Source of the DNA: a bacterium
Lineage (GTDB): Bacteria; Actinomycetota; Actinomycetes; S36-B12
Direction: 5' to 3'
Assembly (NCBI GenBank): GCA_046096085.1
Contig: JBJTJS010000267.1
Location: forward strand, 1 to 34,548
Length of the DNA stretch: 34,548 nucleotides
Part shown: piece after piece, positions 22,670 through 32,739 of the stretch
Layout of the letters: each line of letters opens with the position of its first letter
Position numbering within the stretch: the first letter of the stretch is position 1
Program-made: the position numbers and the translations under genes
Notes under the pieces: model-generated
What the model saw: the letters and a program-made list of their open reading frames with translations, nothing else
Told to the model about the DNA's origin: nothing
The model's database searches: none

Positions 22670-24238
22670 CTAGTGGAAGAAGTGCCGGGTGCCGGTGAGG
22701 TACATGGTGGCCCCCGACGCGTTCGCCACGGAGATGATCTCGTCGTCGCGTACCGAGCCCCCCGGCTGCACGACGACCCGCACGCCGGCGTCGAGGAGCA
22801 CCTCGAGGCCGTCGGGGACGGGGAAGAACGCATCGGAGGCCGCCACCGCGCCGCGGGCGCGGTCGGCTCCTGCTCGGGACACGGCGAGCCGCGCGGCATC
22901 CACGCGGTTGACCTGCCCCATGCCGATGCCCACGGCCGCCCCCTCCCGGGCGAGGAGGATCGCATTGGACTTCGCCGATCGCACCGCGCGCCAGGCAAAG
23001 GCGAGATCGGCCATGGTCGCGGCATCCACACGGGGACCGCAGGCGAGCCGCCAGGTGGCCGGGTCATCGCCATCCGCGGCGACATCGTCCGCGGACTGCA
23101 GGAGCACGCCGCCGGCGATCGTGCGCATCTCGATCCAGTCGCGGGCGGGGCGCGGCTCGGCGACCAGGATGCGGAGGTTCTTCTTCGCCGTGAGCAGCGC
23201 CAGCGCGTCCTCGTCGTACCCGGGCGCGACGACCACCTCGGTGAAGACATCCCCCATGGCCTCGGCCATGGCGCGGGTCACGGGCCGGGTGGTGGCCACC
23301 ACTCCCCCGAATGCCGACACCGGGTCGGTGTCGAACGCGCGGCGATAGGCCTCGGCGACATCCGCCCCCACGGCGATCCCGCAGGGATTGGCGTGCTTGA
23401 TGATGGCGACCGCGGGGTCCGCGTGGTCATAGGCGGCACGGCGCGCAGCGTCGGCATCCACGTAGTTGTTGTAGGACATCTCCCGGCCGTGCAATTGCTC
23501 CGCGCGCGCCAGTCCGGGGCGGGAGAAGTCGGCCGCGTAGAGCGCCGCGCGCTGGTGGGGGTTCTCCCCGTAGCGCAGGACGGCCCGGCGCTCCCACGCC
23601 TGGCCCAGCCATCTCGGGAAACCCTCGCCGTCCGGGTCGGGCGCCACGACGTTGCCCATCCAGGACGCCACCGCGATGTCGTACGACGCGGTGTGGGCGA
23701 AAGCCTCGGCGGCCCAGCGCTGACGCTGGGCCAGGGTGGTCCCCCCGTCGCGCACGGCCGCGAGCACCTCGCCGTAGCTGCTCGGCGCCACGATGACCGC
23801 AACGTTGGCGTGGTTCTTGGCGGAGGCCCGCACCATCGCCGGACCGCCGATGTCGATCTGCTCGACGCACTCCTCCCGGCCCGCTCCGGAGGCGACGGTC
23901 TGGGTGAACGGGTAGAGGTTGACGACGACCAGGTCGAAGGGCGCGATGCCGAGGTCGTCGAGCTGTCGGCGATGCTCGTCGCGGCGGAGGTCTGCGAGGA
24001 GCCCCGCGTGCACGCCCGGATGCAGGGTCTTGACGCGGCCGTCGAGGCACTCGGGGAAGCCGGTGACGTCGGACACCGCGGTGACGGGCACTCCGGCCTC
24101 GGCGATGCGCGCCGCCGTCGACCCGGTCGACACGATCTCGACACCCTCGGCCGCGAGACCGACCACGAGCTCGTCCAGGCCCTGCTTGTCGTACACGGAG
24201 ACGAGGGCGCGTCGTACCGGGCGACGATCTGCGCTCAC
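22670..24238 (-). CDS. purH: Bifunctional AICAR transformylase / IMP cyclohydrolase, 522 aa
   Basis: [46 protein letters not shown], FFPFxDG-like [14 protein letters not shown]. The GTG at 24236-24238 overlaps the purN stop (GTGA). The longer track ORF start lies inside purN. Confidence 0.92.
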   Translation of the reverse strand: MSADRRPVRRALVSVYDKQGLDELVVGLAAEGVEIVSTGSTAARIAEAGVPVTAVSDVTGFPECLDGRVKTLHPGVHAGLLADLRRDEHRRQLDDLGIAPFDLVVVNLYPFTQTVASGAGREECVEQIDIGGPAMVRASAKNHANVAVIVAPSSYGEVLAAVRDGGTTLAQRQRWAAEAFAHTASYDIAVASWMGNVVAPDPDGEGFPRWLGQAWERRAVLRYGENPHQRAALYAADFSRPGLARAEQLHGREMSYNNYVDADAARRAAYDHADPAVAIIKHANPCGIAVGADVAEAYRRAFDTDPVSAFGGVVATTRPVTRAMAEAMGDVFTEVVVAPGYDEDALALLTAKKNLRILVAEPRPARDWIEMRTIAGGVLLQSADDVAADGDDPATWRLACGPRVDAATMADLAFAWRAVRSAKSNAILLAREGAAVGIGMGQVNRVDAARLAVSRAGADRARGAVAASDAFFPVPDGLEVLLDAGVRVVVQPGGSVRDDEIISVANASGATMYLTGTRHFFH

Positions 24239-24831
24239 GGGATGGTCGCCTTCCTGCCGTCGACGGTGCACCCATGCTGGCACAGGCGCTGGACGGTCTC
24301 CACGAGCATGGCCCTCTCCTCGACCTTGATGCGCTCGTGCAGCGATTCCTCGTCATCGTCGGCGACGATGCCCACGGCCCGCTGGTCGAGGATCGGGCCC
24401 GTGTCGACGCCGGCATCGACGAGGTGGACGGTGCAGCCCGTCACGCGCACGCCGTAGGCGAGCGCGTCGCGGACGGCATGTGCGCCCGGGAATGCGGGGA
24501 GGAGCGCGGGATGCGTGTTGACGATCCGCGACGGGAACGCCTCGAGCACGCGGGGGCCGAGGATGCGCATGAAGCCCGCGCACACCACCCAGTCCGGCTC
24601 CCAGGCCTGGAGTGCAGCTGCCAGGCGCGCATCCCATGCGGAGCGTTCGGTCGAGTTGCCGACATCGACGACCTCCGCGGGAATCCCCCGCTGTTGCGCG
24701 CGCACCAGGCCGTAGGCGTCGGCCCGATCGGAGAGCACCCCCACGACGTCGTACGCCGGATCGGGGGCGTCGAGGAGGGCCTGCAGGTTGGTGCCGCCGC
24801 CCGAGATCAGGACGGCGAGGCGGGCGGGCAC
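24235..24831 (-). CDS. purN: Phosphoribosylglycinamide formyltransferase, 198 aa
   Basis: Last 198 aa of ORF 24235..25116: [55 protein letters not shown]. The upstream part of the track ORF overlaps the RDD gene out of frame. Confidence 0.9.
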   Translation of the reverse strand: MPARLAVLISGGGTNLQALLDAPDPAYDVVGVLSDRADAYGLVRAQQRGIPAEVVDVGNSTERSAWDARLAAALQAWEPDWVVCAGFMRILGPRVLEAFPSRIVNTHPALLPAFPGAHAVRDALAYGVRVTGCTVHLVDAGVDTGPILDQRAVGIVADDDEESLHERIKVEERAMLVETVQRLCQHGCTVDGRKATIP

Positions 24832-24838
24832 AGATCGG

Positions 24839-24844
24839 ACCCTA
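24839..24844 (-). promoter_or_regulatory. Candidate -10 hexamer TAGGGT, 7 nt upstream of the purN GTG (possible leaderless mRNA)
   Basis: The minus strand reads tacggaTAGGGTccgatctGTG. No SD is present. Confidence 0.3.
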
Positions 24845-24898
24845 TCCGTACGCCAGCGGGTCGTCGTCGGACCGGCCACGCCGTCCCGCGGGGCGACC

Positions 24899-25675
24899 TC
24901 AGGCGCGCACGACGACGTCGCCGGCGAAGCGGTCCTGCCATCCGCGCAGGCGGCCCGAGCGATCCCACAGCGGGGACAGGCCGACGACGAGCACGAGCAG
25001 CCACGCGAAGCCGCCCACCACGGGCAGCAGGCTGAGCGCGCCGGCGACGCCGTACAGCAGCAGCCAGCGGCGCGCTCCCACGATGAGGCCGGGCCGCGCG
25101 TAGGGCAGGGGCGCACCCGTCGCCGGGTCGATGGGCAGGCAGCGGATCCCCACGGCCCAGCCGCCGAGGGTGCGGCCCCAGAGCCCGATGAGGAGGATCA
25201 TGTACGCCGCCGTGAGGACCAGCGGGATCCCGGCGAGGACCCAGGGCGACGTCGTGGCCCCTGCGATGACGCTCGCCTCCCCCGTGGCCGCGTCGAGACG
25301 CACCTGTGTGGTGCGGAAGTCCCGCGCGGAGATCCAGGCGACGATGAGGCCACTGCCGACGAGGAGCACCAGGCCGTCGATCGCCGCTCCGCCCAGGCGC
25401 GACGGGAACGACGCCGCGGCGACCTGGCGCTCGGGGCGCGGGCGGCGTGCGCCCGATGTCTCGTCGCGGGGCCCCGCGGGGCGCGACGGCCGGCCTTCGG
25501 CCTGCGGCTCGCTCTTCTGCTCGGCCCTCTCGTCCGTGCGCGGCTCCGGCCGGGGGGCGCGCATCGCAGGTCGTGCCGGTCGCGCGGGCGTGCGCGGGCG
25601 GCTCGGCTGCGGGCGGGCGGGCGCGCGCTCGGGCGCCTGCGGTTCGAGGTCCGGCAGGGGCAGCGGGCTAGCCAT
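24899..25675 (-). CDS. RDD-family membrane protein with a Pro/Arg-rich N-terminal region, 258 aa
   Basis: Low-complexity N-terminus, then FPSRLGGAAIDGLVLLV..., TM helices, and LWDRSGRLRGWQDRFAGDVVV (RDD-type ending). The ATG overlaps the upstream gene stop by 8 nt. Confidence 0.6.
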   Translation of the reverse strand: MASPLPLPDLEPQAPERAPARPQPSRPRTPARPARPAMRAPRPEPRTDERAEQKSEPQAEGRPSRPAGPRDETSGARRPRPERQVAAASFPSRLGGAAIDGLVLLVGSGLIVAWISARDFRTTQVRLDAATGEASVIAGATTSPWVLAGIPLVLTAAYMILLIGLWGRTLGGWAVGIRCLPIDPATGAPLPYARPGLIVGARRWLLLYGVAGALSLLPVVGGFAWLLVLVVGLSPLWDRSGRLRGWQDRFAGDVVVRA

Positions 25676-26840
25676 CGCCGTCGCCTCCGGTCCGGCGACT
25701 CGGCCAGGCCGCCACGACGAGCATGCCGCCGAGCGCGAGGCCGGCCGCCCAGGCGCCGGCCATCACCGGATCCGGCCCCACATGGGCCAGCCGGTCCGTG
25801 CCCAGGGCACCGCTCGACAACTGCACGAGGAGCACCGTAGTCGCGCCGACGAGTGCGCTCGCGCCGAGCCCGGCGAGGATGCCGTCGCCTCCCGTCATGC
25901 CCCTCCGGCGCAGCGCCGCGCCGCCGAGCATGCCGGCCGCGACCGCGAGGAGGGGGAGGGCGAAGGACCCCGGGAGGTCCACGGGGAGCGCAGCCAGCGG
26001 CGGGAACGCCGGGAGCGCTGCCGACTCCAGCGCGACCCCCGACGCCTGCACGCCTGTCCCGAGGACGGTCGCCATCGACCAGGCGATGAGGTTCGGGAGG
26101 TAGCCGAGGCTGAGCCCGGCCACCAGGATGGCCGAGGACAGGTCGGCGACGAGCAGGTCGACGAGGACGCCGACCTGGGCCGCATGCAGCAGCAGCCCGA
26201 CGAGGAGCAGGACGCAGCCCGCGACGAGCAGGCCCGACATCGTGATGCCGGCGGCTGCCGCGCTCGCGCGCACCGGGGCGGGCAGTCGGCCCACGGTCTG
26301 CCCGCGCAGCGCGGGCGTCGTGCACGCGCCCCACGCGATCGTCACGGCGGCGATCGCCGCCGTGGTCGCCAGCGCTCGCGTCGGCGGCACCGCCACCCCG
26401 CGCGCCAGCGCGGCGACGACAGCGGCGCAGGCGCCGTAGGCGAGGGCCCCGGACACGGCGACGACCAGGGCCTCGACGGGGCGCGCCGCCGACGAGGCGC
26501 GGGCCGCCCATCGGCCGGCGAGGAAGAGCATGAGGCAGGCGGCGAGGCCGAGGCCGTAGGGCAGGAGGGTGATGACGACGCCGTCGATGCGCGGGGGGAG
26601 GCCCTGGCCCGCCAGCCAGGCGCCTGCTGCCACCTCCACCATGACGAACCAGGGCTCTTCGATGTCGGGGGCGAGAAGCCATGCGAGGAGGACGGGCATG
26701 CCGAGCAGGACCAGTCCGAGTCCGGCCGCGGCGACCCCGGCGAGGGCGCCGGCCACGACGAGCGGCAGCGGCGCCGGGGCGTCCGGGGCACGGGCCTCGC
26801 GGCGCTCCGGCGCGCCGGGGCGCGCGACAACCTCGGTCAC
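25668..26840 (-). CDS. Polytopic membrane protein, PerM-like (DUF6350-type), 390 aa
   Basis: About 10 hydrophobic helices, Ala/Gly/Leu-rich. Its position between sucD and purN matches the mycobacterial sucC-sucD-...-perM-purN-purH arrangement. Start taken as GTG 26838-26840, since the longer track ORF would overlap sucD. Confidence 0.5.
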   Translation of the reverse strand: MTEVVARPGAPERREARAPDAPAPLPLVVAGALAGVAAAGLGLVLLGMPVLLAWLLAPDIEEPWFVMVEVAAGAWLAGQGLPPRIDGVVITLLPYGLGLAACLMLFLAGRWAARASSAARPVEALVVAVSGALAYGACAAVVAALARGVAVPPTRALATTAAIAAVTIAWGACTTPALRGQTVGRLPAPVRASAAAAGITMSGLLVAGCVLLLVGLLLHAAQVGVLVDLLVADLSSAILVAGLSLGYLPNLIAWSMATVLGTGVQASGVALESAALPAFPPLAALPVDLPGSFALPLLAVAAGMLGGAALRRRGMTGGDGILAGLGASALVGATTVLLVQLSSGALGTDRLAHVGPDPVMAGAWAAGLALGGMLVVAAWPSRRTGGDGDG

Positions 26841-26898
26841 CGGACCAGCCTCGCAGGGAGCGCGGGCCAGACGCGGTAACGGCGCGCCACCGCGGGCG

Positions 26899-27768
26899 CT
26901 AGCCGCGCAGCAGCGACCGCATGAGCCGCGCGGTCTCGCTGGGGGTCTGACCCACGCGCACGCCCACGGCCTCGAGGGCCTCCTTCTTCGCCTGCGCGGT
27001 CCCCGAGGACCCCGAGACGATGGCACCCGCGTGGCCCATCGTCTTGCCCTCGGGTGCGGTGAAGCCCGCCACGTAGCCCACCACCGGCTTGGTGACGTTG
27101 TCGGCGATGAACGCGGCGGCACGCTCTTCCGCGTCGCCCCCGATCTCCCCGATCATGACGATCGCCTCGGTCGCGGGATCGGCCTCGAACGCCGCGAGGC
27201 AGTCGATGTGCGTGGTGCCGATGATCGGATCGCCCCCGATGCCGACACAGGTGGAGAAGCCGATGTCGCTGAGCTCGTACATCATCTGGTAGGTCAGCGT
27301 GCCGGACTTCGACACCAGCCCGATCGGCCCCGGCCCGGTGATGTCGGCGGGGATGATGCCCGCATTGGACTGCCCCGGGGAGATGATGCCGGGGCAGTTG
27401 GGACCGATGATGCGCGTGCCGCCGGCGTTGACGGCGTACTGGAAGAACTGCGCCGTGTCGTGGACGGGAATGCCCTCGGTGATGACGACGCACAGCGGGA
27501 TCGCCGCGTCGACGGCCTCCTCCACGGCGGCCTCGGCGAATCGGGGCGGCACGAAGACGACGCTCACGTCCGCGCTGGTGGCCGCCATCGCCTCCCCGAC
27601 ATTGCCGAAGACGGGGATGCCGTCGACCTCCTGGCCGCCCTTGCCGGGGGTCACCCCGGCGACGACCTGCGCGCCACTGGCCACCATGCGGCGGGTGTGC
27701 TTGGTCCCCTCGGAGCCGGTCATCCCCTGGACGAGGATGCGGCTGCCGGCATCGAGCCAGATGGTCAT
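26899..27768 (-). CDS. sucD: Succinate--CoA ligase (ADP-forming) alpha subunit, 289 aa
   Basis: Last 289 aa of ORF 26899..28416: [44 protein letters not shown] (phosphohistidine loop). The ATG overlaps the sucC stop (ATGA). Confidence 0.95.
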   Translation of the reverse strand: MTIWLDAGSRILVQGMTGSEGTKHTRRMVASGAQVVAGVTPGKGGQEVDGIPVFGNVGEAMAATSADVSVVFVPPRFAEAAVEEAVDAAIPLCVVITEGIPVHDTAQFFQYAVNAGGTRIIGPNCPGIISPGQSNAGIIPADITGPGPIGLVSKSGTLTYQMMYELSDIGFSTCVGIGGDPIIGTTHIDCLAAFEADPATEAIVMIGEIGGDAEERAAAFIADNVTKPVVGYVAGFTAPEGKTMGHAGAIVSGSSGTAQAKKEALEAVGVRVGQTPSETARLMRSLLRG

Positions 27769-28943
27769 GCGGCGCTCCCCGCCAACTCCGCGACGCGGCT
27801 CGCCGCGTCGTCCATGGTCTCCACCATCTCGACGAGCGGGTGGCCGAACTCGGTGAGGATGCGTCGTCCCTCGACGGCGTTGTTGCCATCGATGCGGCAC
27901 ACGATCGGCTTGGTCACCGGGGTCCCGCGCTCCGCGAGCGCCCCGACGGCCTGCACGATGCCGTTCGCGACGGCATCGCAGGACGTGATGCCGCCGAACA
28001 CGTTGACGAAGACCGCGCGGACATCCGGGTCGTTGAGCACGATGTCGAGCCCGTTGGACATCACCTCCGCGCTCGCCCCGCCGCCGATGTCGAGGAAGTT
28101 CGCCGGTCGGACGCCGCCGAACTCCTCGCCCGCGTAGGCGACGACATCGAGCGTGCTCATGACCAGGCCCGCACCGTTGCCGATGATGCCGACCTCGCCG
28201 TCGAGCTTGACGTAGTTCAGGTCGAACTCCTGGGCCCGCAACTCGATGGGGTCGGTGTCGTCGCGGTCGACGAGGTCGGCATGGGAGGCGTGGCGGTAGT
28301 TCGCGTTGTCGTCGAGGGTCACCTTGCCGTCGAGGGCGAGCACGCGTCCGTCGGCGGAGAGCACCAGGGGATTGACCTCGACCAGCGTGGCGTCCTCCTT
28401 GACGAGCACGCGCCACAACTGCACGAGGATCGCCACGACCTGGTCGCGGATCGCCTCGGGGAAGCCCGCGCTCTCGACGATCTCGCGGGCCTTGGCCTCG
28501 TCCACGCCGCCGATCGCGTCGATGCGCACCAGGGCGAGCGCCTCGGGCCGCGTGGCGGCGACCTCCTCGATGTCGACGCCGCCCTCGACGCTCGCCATGG
28601 CGAGGAAGGCGCGGTGGGCACGGTCGAGGAGGAAGGAGACGTAGTACTCCTCGGCGATGTCGGTCGCCTCGGTGACGAGCACGCGACGGACGATGTGGCC
28701 CTTGATGTCGAGTCCGAGGATGTCGCGCGCGCGGTCGTGAGCCTCCTCGGGATCGGCGGCCAGCTTGACGCCCCCGGCCTTGCCTCGCCCACCCGTCTTC
28801 ACCTGGGCCTTGACCACCACGGGCGATCCGATCTTGCGGGCGGCCTCATGCGCGGCCTCCGGCGTGGAGCAGACCTCGCCGGACGTCACGGGGACGTCGT
28901 GCACGTCGAAGAGGTGCTTCGCCTGGTACTCGTACAGGTCCAC
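27765..28943 (-). CDS. sucC: Succinate--CoA ligase (ADP-forming) beta subunit, 392 aa
   Basis: [59 protein letters not shown] start with AAGGA upstream. Confidence 0.95.
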   Translation of the reverse strand: MDLYEYQAKHLFDVHDVPVTSGEVCSTPEAAHEAARKIGSPVVVKAQVKTGGRGKAGGVKLAADPEEAHDRARDILGLDIKGHIVRRVLVTEATDIAEEYYVSFLLDRAHRAFLAMASVEGGVDIEEVAATRPEALALVRIDAIGGVDEAKAREIVESAGFPEAIRDQVVAILVQLWRVLVKEDATLVEVNPLVLSADGRVLALDGKVTLDDNANYRHASHADLVDRDDTDPIELRAQEFDLNYVKLDGEVGIIGNGAGLVMSTLDVVAYAGEEFGGVRPANFLDIGGGASAEVMSNGLDIVLNDPDVRAVFVNVFGGITSCDAVANGIVQAVGALAERGTPVTKPIVCRIDGNNAVEGRRILTEFGHPLVEMVETMDDAASRVAELAGSAA

Positions 28944-29020
28944 GGAGGAATCCTTCGGGCGCGGTCAGGGTCGCGGGGCGAAACGGACTGGCCATTCCGA
29001 CGGCGACTGCGGTCGTCGGG

Positions 29021-29026
29021 AGCCTA
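29021..29026 (-). promoter_or_regulatory. Candidate -10 hexamer TAGGCT upstream of sucCD
   Basis: The minus strand reads atcagTAGGCTcccgac, 77 nt upstream of the sucC GTG. Pattern match only. Confidence 0.25.
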
Positions 29027-29090
29027 CTGATCTCGCGGCGGGGGGACGGCCGAGGGTCTGCCGCGCCCGGGCGGCCCGGAAGCGCCCCCG

Positions 29091-29495
29091 TCAGGTGCGC
29101 GCGGGGACGACGTGGGCGCCCACCCAGTCCACGATGTCCTGCATCGGGGTGCCGGGCCCGAACACGCGGGCGACCCCGATGCGGGTGAGTTCCGGGATGT
29201 CGCCCTCGGGGATGATGCCGCCCCCGAACACGACCACGTCCTCAGCGCCGCGGGACCGCAGTTCGGCCATGAGCTCGGGGAAGAGCACGAGGTGCGCCCC
29301 CGACAGGATGGAGACGCCGATCGCGTCCGCGTCCTCCTGGACGGCGGTCTCGGCGATCTGCGCGGGCGTCTGGTGCAGGCCCGTGTAGATGACCTCCATG
29401 CCGGCATCGCGCAGGGCACGGGCCACGACCTTGGCCCCCCGGTCGTGGCCGTCGAGGCCCGGCTTGGCGACGACGACGCGGATCGGACTCGACAC
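29091..29495 (-). CDS. Cobalamin (B12)-binding small subunit of a split acyl-CoA mutase, 134 aa
   Basis: [36 protein letters not shown] (DxHxxG base-off/His-on motif), SILSGAH, GGGIIP. The GTG at 29493-29495 has GGAGGAGG 5 nt upstream. The upstream in-frame ATG 29552 and GTG 29603 lack an SD. Confidence 0.85.
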   Translation of the reverse strand: MSSPIRVVVAKPGLDGHDRGAKVVARALRDAGMEVIYTGLHQTPAQIAETAVQEDADAIGVSILSGAHLVLFPELMAELRSRGAEDVVVFGGGIIPEGDIPELTRIGVARVFGPGTPMQDIVDWVGAHVVPART

Positions 29496-29553
29496 CGGCA
29501 CCTCCTCCGCTCTGCCCCGGATTCTCGCGCTCCCGGCTTCGTGCGCACCCATC

Positions 29554-29559
29554 AGCCTA
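29554..29559 (-). promoter_or_regulatory. Candidate -10 hexamer TAGGCT upstream of the B12-binding subunit, within the motif shared with the large-subunit upstream region
   Basis: The minus strand reads CGCCCTAGGCTG-at-GGGTGCG, 58 nt upstream of GTG 29495. Confidence 0.3.
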
Positions 29560-29620
29560 GGGCGAGGCGACCCCGCACAGGCGAGGTGCCGACTCGCCGA
29601 CATTCGCCCGCCCCGTCGGT

Positions 29621-29626
29621 TAACGT
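29621..29626 (+). promoter_or_regulatory. Candidate -10 hexamer TAACGT, 6 nt upstream of the lipase-like GTG (possible leaderless mRNA)
   Basis: ggtTAACGTcggacgGTG. No SD is present. Weakest of the set. Confidence 0.2.
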
Positions 29627-29632
29627 CGGACG

Positions 29633-30481
29633 GTGGACGAGGCGACCGCGGAGGAGACGGGGGGAGGCACGGGCCTGCTCGACCGGGTCCGGGGAGCCGG
29701 ACGGACCCTGACCTCCCCCAGCACGGTGCGCGGGGCCGCCGTCGAGGCCGCCTGGATCACCGCGCACCTCGCGATGTATCCCCTCGGACTGGCCGAGGAG
29801 GGCCTGCGCCTGCACCTGGAGCGCCACTCCCTCGACGGCCTGCCGCCCGCGCAGCGCGGGCTGGTCGTCGGTGACGTCGTCGCAGCGGGCACGCCCATCG
29901 TGCTCATGCACGGCGTCTTCGACAACCGGTCCATCTTCACGCTGATGCGACGAGGCCTCCGGCGCAGAGGCTTCGGGACGACGTACGCCCTCAACTACTC
30001 CCCGCTCACCGACGACATCCGGTCGGTCGCGGTGCGACTCGGGGACCTCGTGGAGGAGGTGTGCGAGGAGACGGGCCACGACCGGGTCCACGTCATCGGC
30101 CATTCCATGGGCGGGCTCATCGGGCGATACCTCGTCCAACGCCTCGACGGCGACGAGCGGGTCCACACGGTGGTGACGCTCGGCACCCCGCACTCGGGGA
30201 CTCTGCCCGCTCACCTGGTGCCGCATCCGGTCGCACGGCAGATGCGCACCGACGGCGACATCGTCCTCGAGCTCGCCGAGCCCGCCCCCGAGTGCCGCAC
30301 CCGGTTCATCGCCTTCTGGAGCAACATCGACCAGTTGGTCATCCCGCAGTCGAACGCGCGCATCACCCATCCCGACCTCGCCGCGCGCAACGTCCTGGTG
30401 CGCGGCGCGGGCCACCTGTCCCTTCCGGTCGACGGCCGTGTCATCCGCGAGATCGGGCTCGCCCTCGCCCACCTGGACTGA
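29633..30481 (+). CDS. Alpha/beta-hydrolase, esterase/lipase family, 282 aa
   Basis: [11 protein letters not shown], nucleophile elbow VIGHSMGGL (GxSxG), LGTPHSG, and a late GAGHLSLP that is likely the catalytic His region. Confidence 0.7.
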   Translation: MDEATAEETGGGTGLLDRVRGAGRTLTSPSTVRGAAVEAAWITAHLAMYPLGLAEEGLRLHLERHSLDGLPPAQRGLVVGDVVAAGTPIVLMHGVFDNRSIFTLMRRGLRRRGFGTTYALNYSPLTDDIRSVAVRLGDLVEEVCEETGHDRVHVIGHSMGGLIGRYLVQRLDGDERVHTVVTLGTPHSGTLPAHLVPHPVARQMRTDGDIVLELAEPAPECRTRFIAFWSNIDQLVIPQSNARITHPDLAARNVLVRGAGHLSLPVDGRVIREIGLALAHLD

Positions 30482-30499
30482 GGGCAGCCGCAGGCCCTC
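30480..30499. terminator. Short hairpin between convergent lipase-like and pcrA genes
   Basis: gagggc (30480-30485) pairs with gccctc (30494-30499) across an 8-nt loop. The stem is only 6 bp and there is no U-tract, so this is a weak call. Confidence 0.2.
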
Positions 30500-30511
30500 G
30501 CGGCGCGGTCG

Positions 30512-32713
30512 CTACCCGCCGAGCCGCTCCACCGGCGCATAGCGCAGGAGCAGCCGTTTGGTGCCCGCGGACCCGAAGTCGATGGTGGCCTCCGCCCGGT
30601 CCCCGGCGCCGTTCGTCTCGACGACCGTGCCGACCCCGAAGGTCTTGTGCATCACCCGCTCGCCCACCTCGAGGGAGAGCACCGGGGCACCGCCCGGCGC
30701 GCGCGGCCCCGACGGCGGCCGGGGCCCGGCCGCGGGCGCGGGACGGCCCGCCCAGGAGGTCGCCACCGGCTCAAGCCGGCGATGCTCGAGGAGTTCCTCG
30801 GGGATCTCCTCGAGGAACCGCGACGCGGGATTGGTCGTCGGGGTCCCCCAGGCCGAGCGCACCATCGCGCGGGTGAGGTAGAGCTTCTCGCGCGCCCGCG
30901 TGATCCCGACGTACGCGAGCCTTCGCTCCTCCTCGAGCTCCGCCTCGGAGCCGAGCGACCTCATGTGCGGGAAGACGCCGTCCTCCATGCCGGTGAGGAA
31001 CACGACGGGGAATTCCAGTCCCTTCGCGGTGTGCAGGGTCATGAGCGTGACGACGCCCTCATCGTCCTCGGGAATGTCGTCGGCGTCCGCCACCAGCGAC
31101 ACTCGCTCGAGGAAGCCCTCCATGGTCGGCTCGTCGCTATCGCGCTCGTACTCCACCGCGACCGACTCGAGCTCCGCGAGGTTCTCCACCCGGGTCTGGT
31201 CCTGCGGGTCCGAGGAGCCCTGCAGCTCGGCGAGGTATCCGGTCTGCTCGAGTGCCGCCTGCAGCACGGTGGCCGGGCCCTCCCCCGCCTCCACCAGGGT
31301 GCGCAGGTCCCCGAGCAGCCGGGCGAAGTCGCGCGCCTGCGCCAGCGACCGCGGGGCCAGGCCCGGAACCTCGTCGACGCGGTCGAGGGCCGCCCCGAAG
31401 GACATGCGCTCCCGCTGGGCGAAGGCCTCGATCGCGGCCTCCGCGCGATCCCCGATGCCGCGCTTCGGCACGTTGAGGATGCGGCGGAGGGACACGTCGT
31501 CGTCGGGGTTGGCGACGGCACGCAGGTAGGCGATCGCGTCGCGCACCTCGCGGCGCTCGTAGAAGCGCACTCCGCCCACCACGGTGTAGGGGAGGCCCAC
31601 GCGGATGAGGATCTCCTCGAAGGAGCGGGACTGGGCGTTGGTGCGATAGAACACGGCCACGTCCGAGGGCCGCACGCCCCTGCTGTCCATCAGGGTGTCG
31701 ATCTCGTCGGCGACAAACGTGGCCTCGTCATGCTCGTCGTCCGCGACGTACACCGTGATCGGGTCGCCCGCCCCGGCCTCGGTCCACAGCCTCTTGGGGC
31801 GACGGGACGAGTTCCGCGAGATGACGCGGTTGGCCGCGTCGAGGATGGTCTGCGTGGACCGGTAGTTCTGCTCGAGCACGACGGTGCGGGCATCGGGATA
31901 GTCGCGCTCGAACTCCTCGATGTTGCGGATCGTGGCGCCGCGGAAGGCGTAGATGGACTGGTCGGCGTCGCCGACGACGCACAACTCGGCGGGGGGGACA
32001 CCGTCCGAGCCGTCGCCCACGAGCTCGCGCACGAGGACGTACTGGGCGTGATTGGTGTCCTGGTACTCGTCGACGAGCACGTGGCGGAAGCGCCGGTGGT
32101 AGTGCTCGGCCACCTCCGGATGCAGCTGGAGGAGGGCCACGGTGGCCCCGATGAGATCGTCGAAGTCGAAGGCATTGGCCTGGCGGAGCCGACGCTGGTA
32201 CTCGCGGTACGCCTCCGCCAGGACCTGGTCGGCGGGGGTCTGGGCGCCCCGGGAGAACGTGTCCTCGTCGATGAGCTCGTTCTTCAGCGCGGACACGCGA
32301 GCCGCGAAGGCACGCGGCGGATGGCGCTTCGGGTCGAGGTCGAGGTCGCGCAGCACCATGCCCATGAGGCGCTGGGAGTCCGCGGAGTCGTAGATCGAGA
32401 AGGAGGAGGAGATCCCGAGGTGCTTCGCCTCCCGCCTGAGGATGCGCACGCAGGCGGAGTGGAAGGTCGACACCCACATCGAGCGAGAGACCGGGCCCAC
32501 CTGGGCGGCGACGCGCTCGACCATCTCCCGCGCGGCCTTGTTGGTGAACGTGATGGCCAGGATCTCCCCGGGACGCATGCCCTGGTCGCGGACCAGGTGG
32601 GCGATGCGGCTGGTGAGGACACGGGTCGTGCCCGAGCCGGCGCCCGCGACGATGAGCAGTGGCGACCCGCGATGGGTGACCGCCTCGAGCTGGGCGGGAT
32701 TGAGGTCGGTCAC
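30512..32713 (-). CDS. pcrA: ATP-dependent DNA helicase PcrA/UvrD1 (SF1A), 733 aa, with an atypical Walker A (GSGTT)
   Basis: LNPAQLEAV, AGAGSGTTRVL (motif I), TFTNKAAREM (Ia), VDEYQDTN (II), VGDADQSIYAFRGA (III), LEQNYRS (IV), TLHTAKGLEFPVVF (V), EERRLAYVGITRAR (VI), C-terminal GERVMHKTFGVGTVV. GTG start at 32711-32713. Confidence 0.92.
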   Translation of the reverse strand: MTDLNPAQLEAVTHRGSPLLIVAGAGSGTTRVLTSRIAHLVRDQGMRPGEILAITFTNKAAREMVERVAAQVGPVSRSMWVSTFHSACVRILRREAKHLGISSSFSIYDSADSQRLMGMVLRDLDLDPKRHPPRAFAARVSALKNELIDEDTFSRGAQTPADQVLAEAYREYQRRLRQANAFDFDDLIGATVALLQLHPEVAEHYHRRFRHVLVDEYQDTNHAQYVLVRELVGDGSDGVPPAELCVVGDADQSIYAFRGATIRNIEEFERDYPDARTVVLEQNYRSTQTILDAANRVISRNSSRRPKRLWTEAGAGDPITVYVADDEHDEATFVADEIDTLMDSRGVRPSDVAVFYRTNAQSRSFEEILIRVGLPYTVVGGVRFYERREVRDAIAYLRAVANPDDDVSLRRILNVPKRGIGDRAEAAIEAFAQRERMSFGAALDRVDEVPGLAPRSLAQARDFARLLGDLRTLVEAGEGPATVLQAALEQTGYLAELQGSSDPQDQTRVENLAELESVAVEYERDSDEPTMEGFLERVSLVADADDIPEDDEGVVTLMTLHTAKGLEFPVVFLTGMEDGVFPHMRSLGSEAELEEERRLAYVGITRAREKLYLTRAMVRSAWGTPTTNPASRFLEEIPEELLEHRRLEPVATSWAGRPAPAAGPRPPSGPRAPGGAPVLSLEVGERVMHKTFGVGTVVETNGAGDRAEATIDFGSAGTKRLLLRYAPVERLGG

Positions 32714-32739
32714 CGCCCGATCGTAAGCGCGGGCGCTGA

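Noticed and set aside
22529-24457. 642-aa plus-strand ORF; also 4427..5971 (514 aa), 25131..26879 (582 aa) and 26569..28137 (522 aa) on the plus strand
   Set aside because: All lie antisense to well-supported genes (purH/purN, aldolase/SDR, RDD/PerM-like, sucD/sucC) and encode low-complexity Arg/Gly/Pro/Asp-rich sequence.
29496-29603. Upstream in-frame starts (ATG 29552, GTG 29603) for the B12-binding subunit, and a possible cobalamin riboswitch in this leader
   Set aside because: The GTG at 29495 has a strong GGAGGAGG SD, and the conserved domain starts right after it. The candidate -10 (29554-29559) would place the transcription start downstream of ATG 29552. I could not recognise a B12-box or the conserved riboswitch helices.
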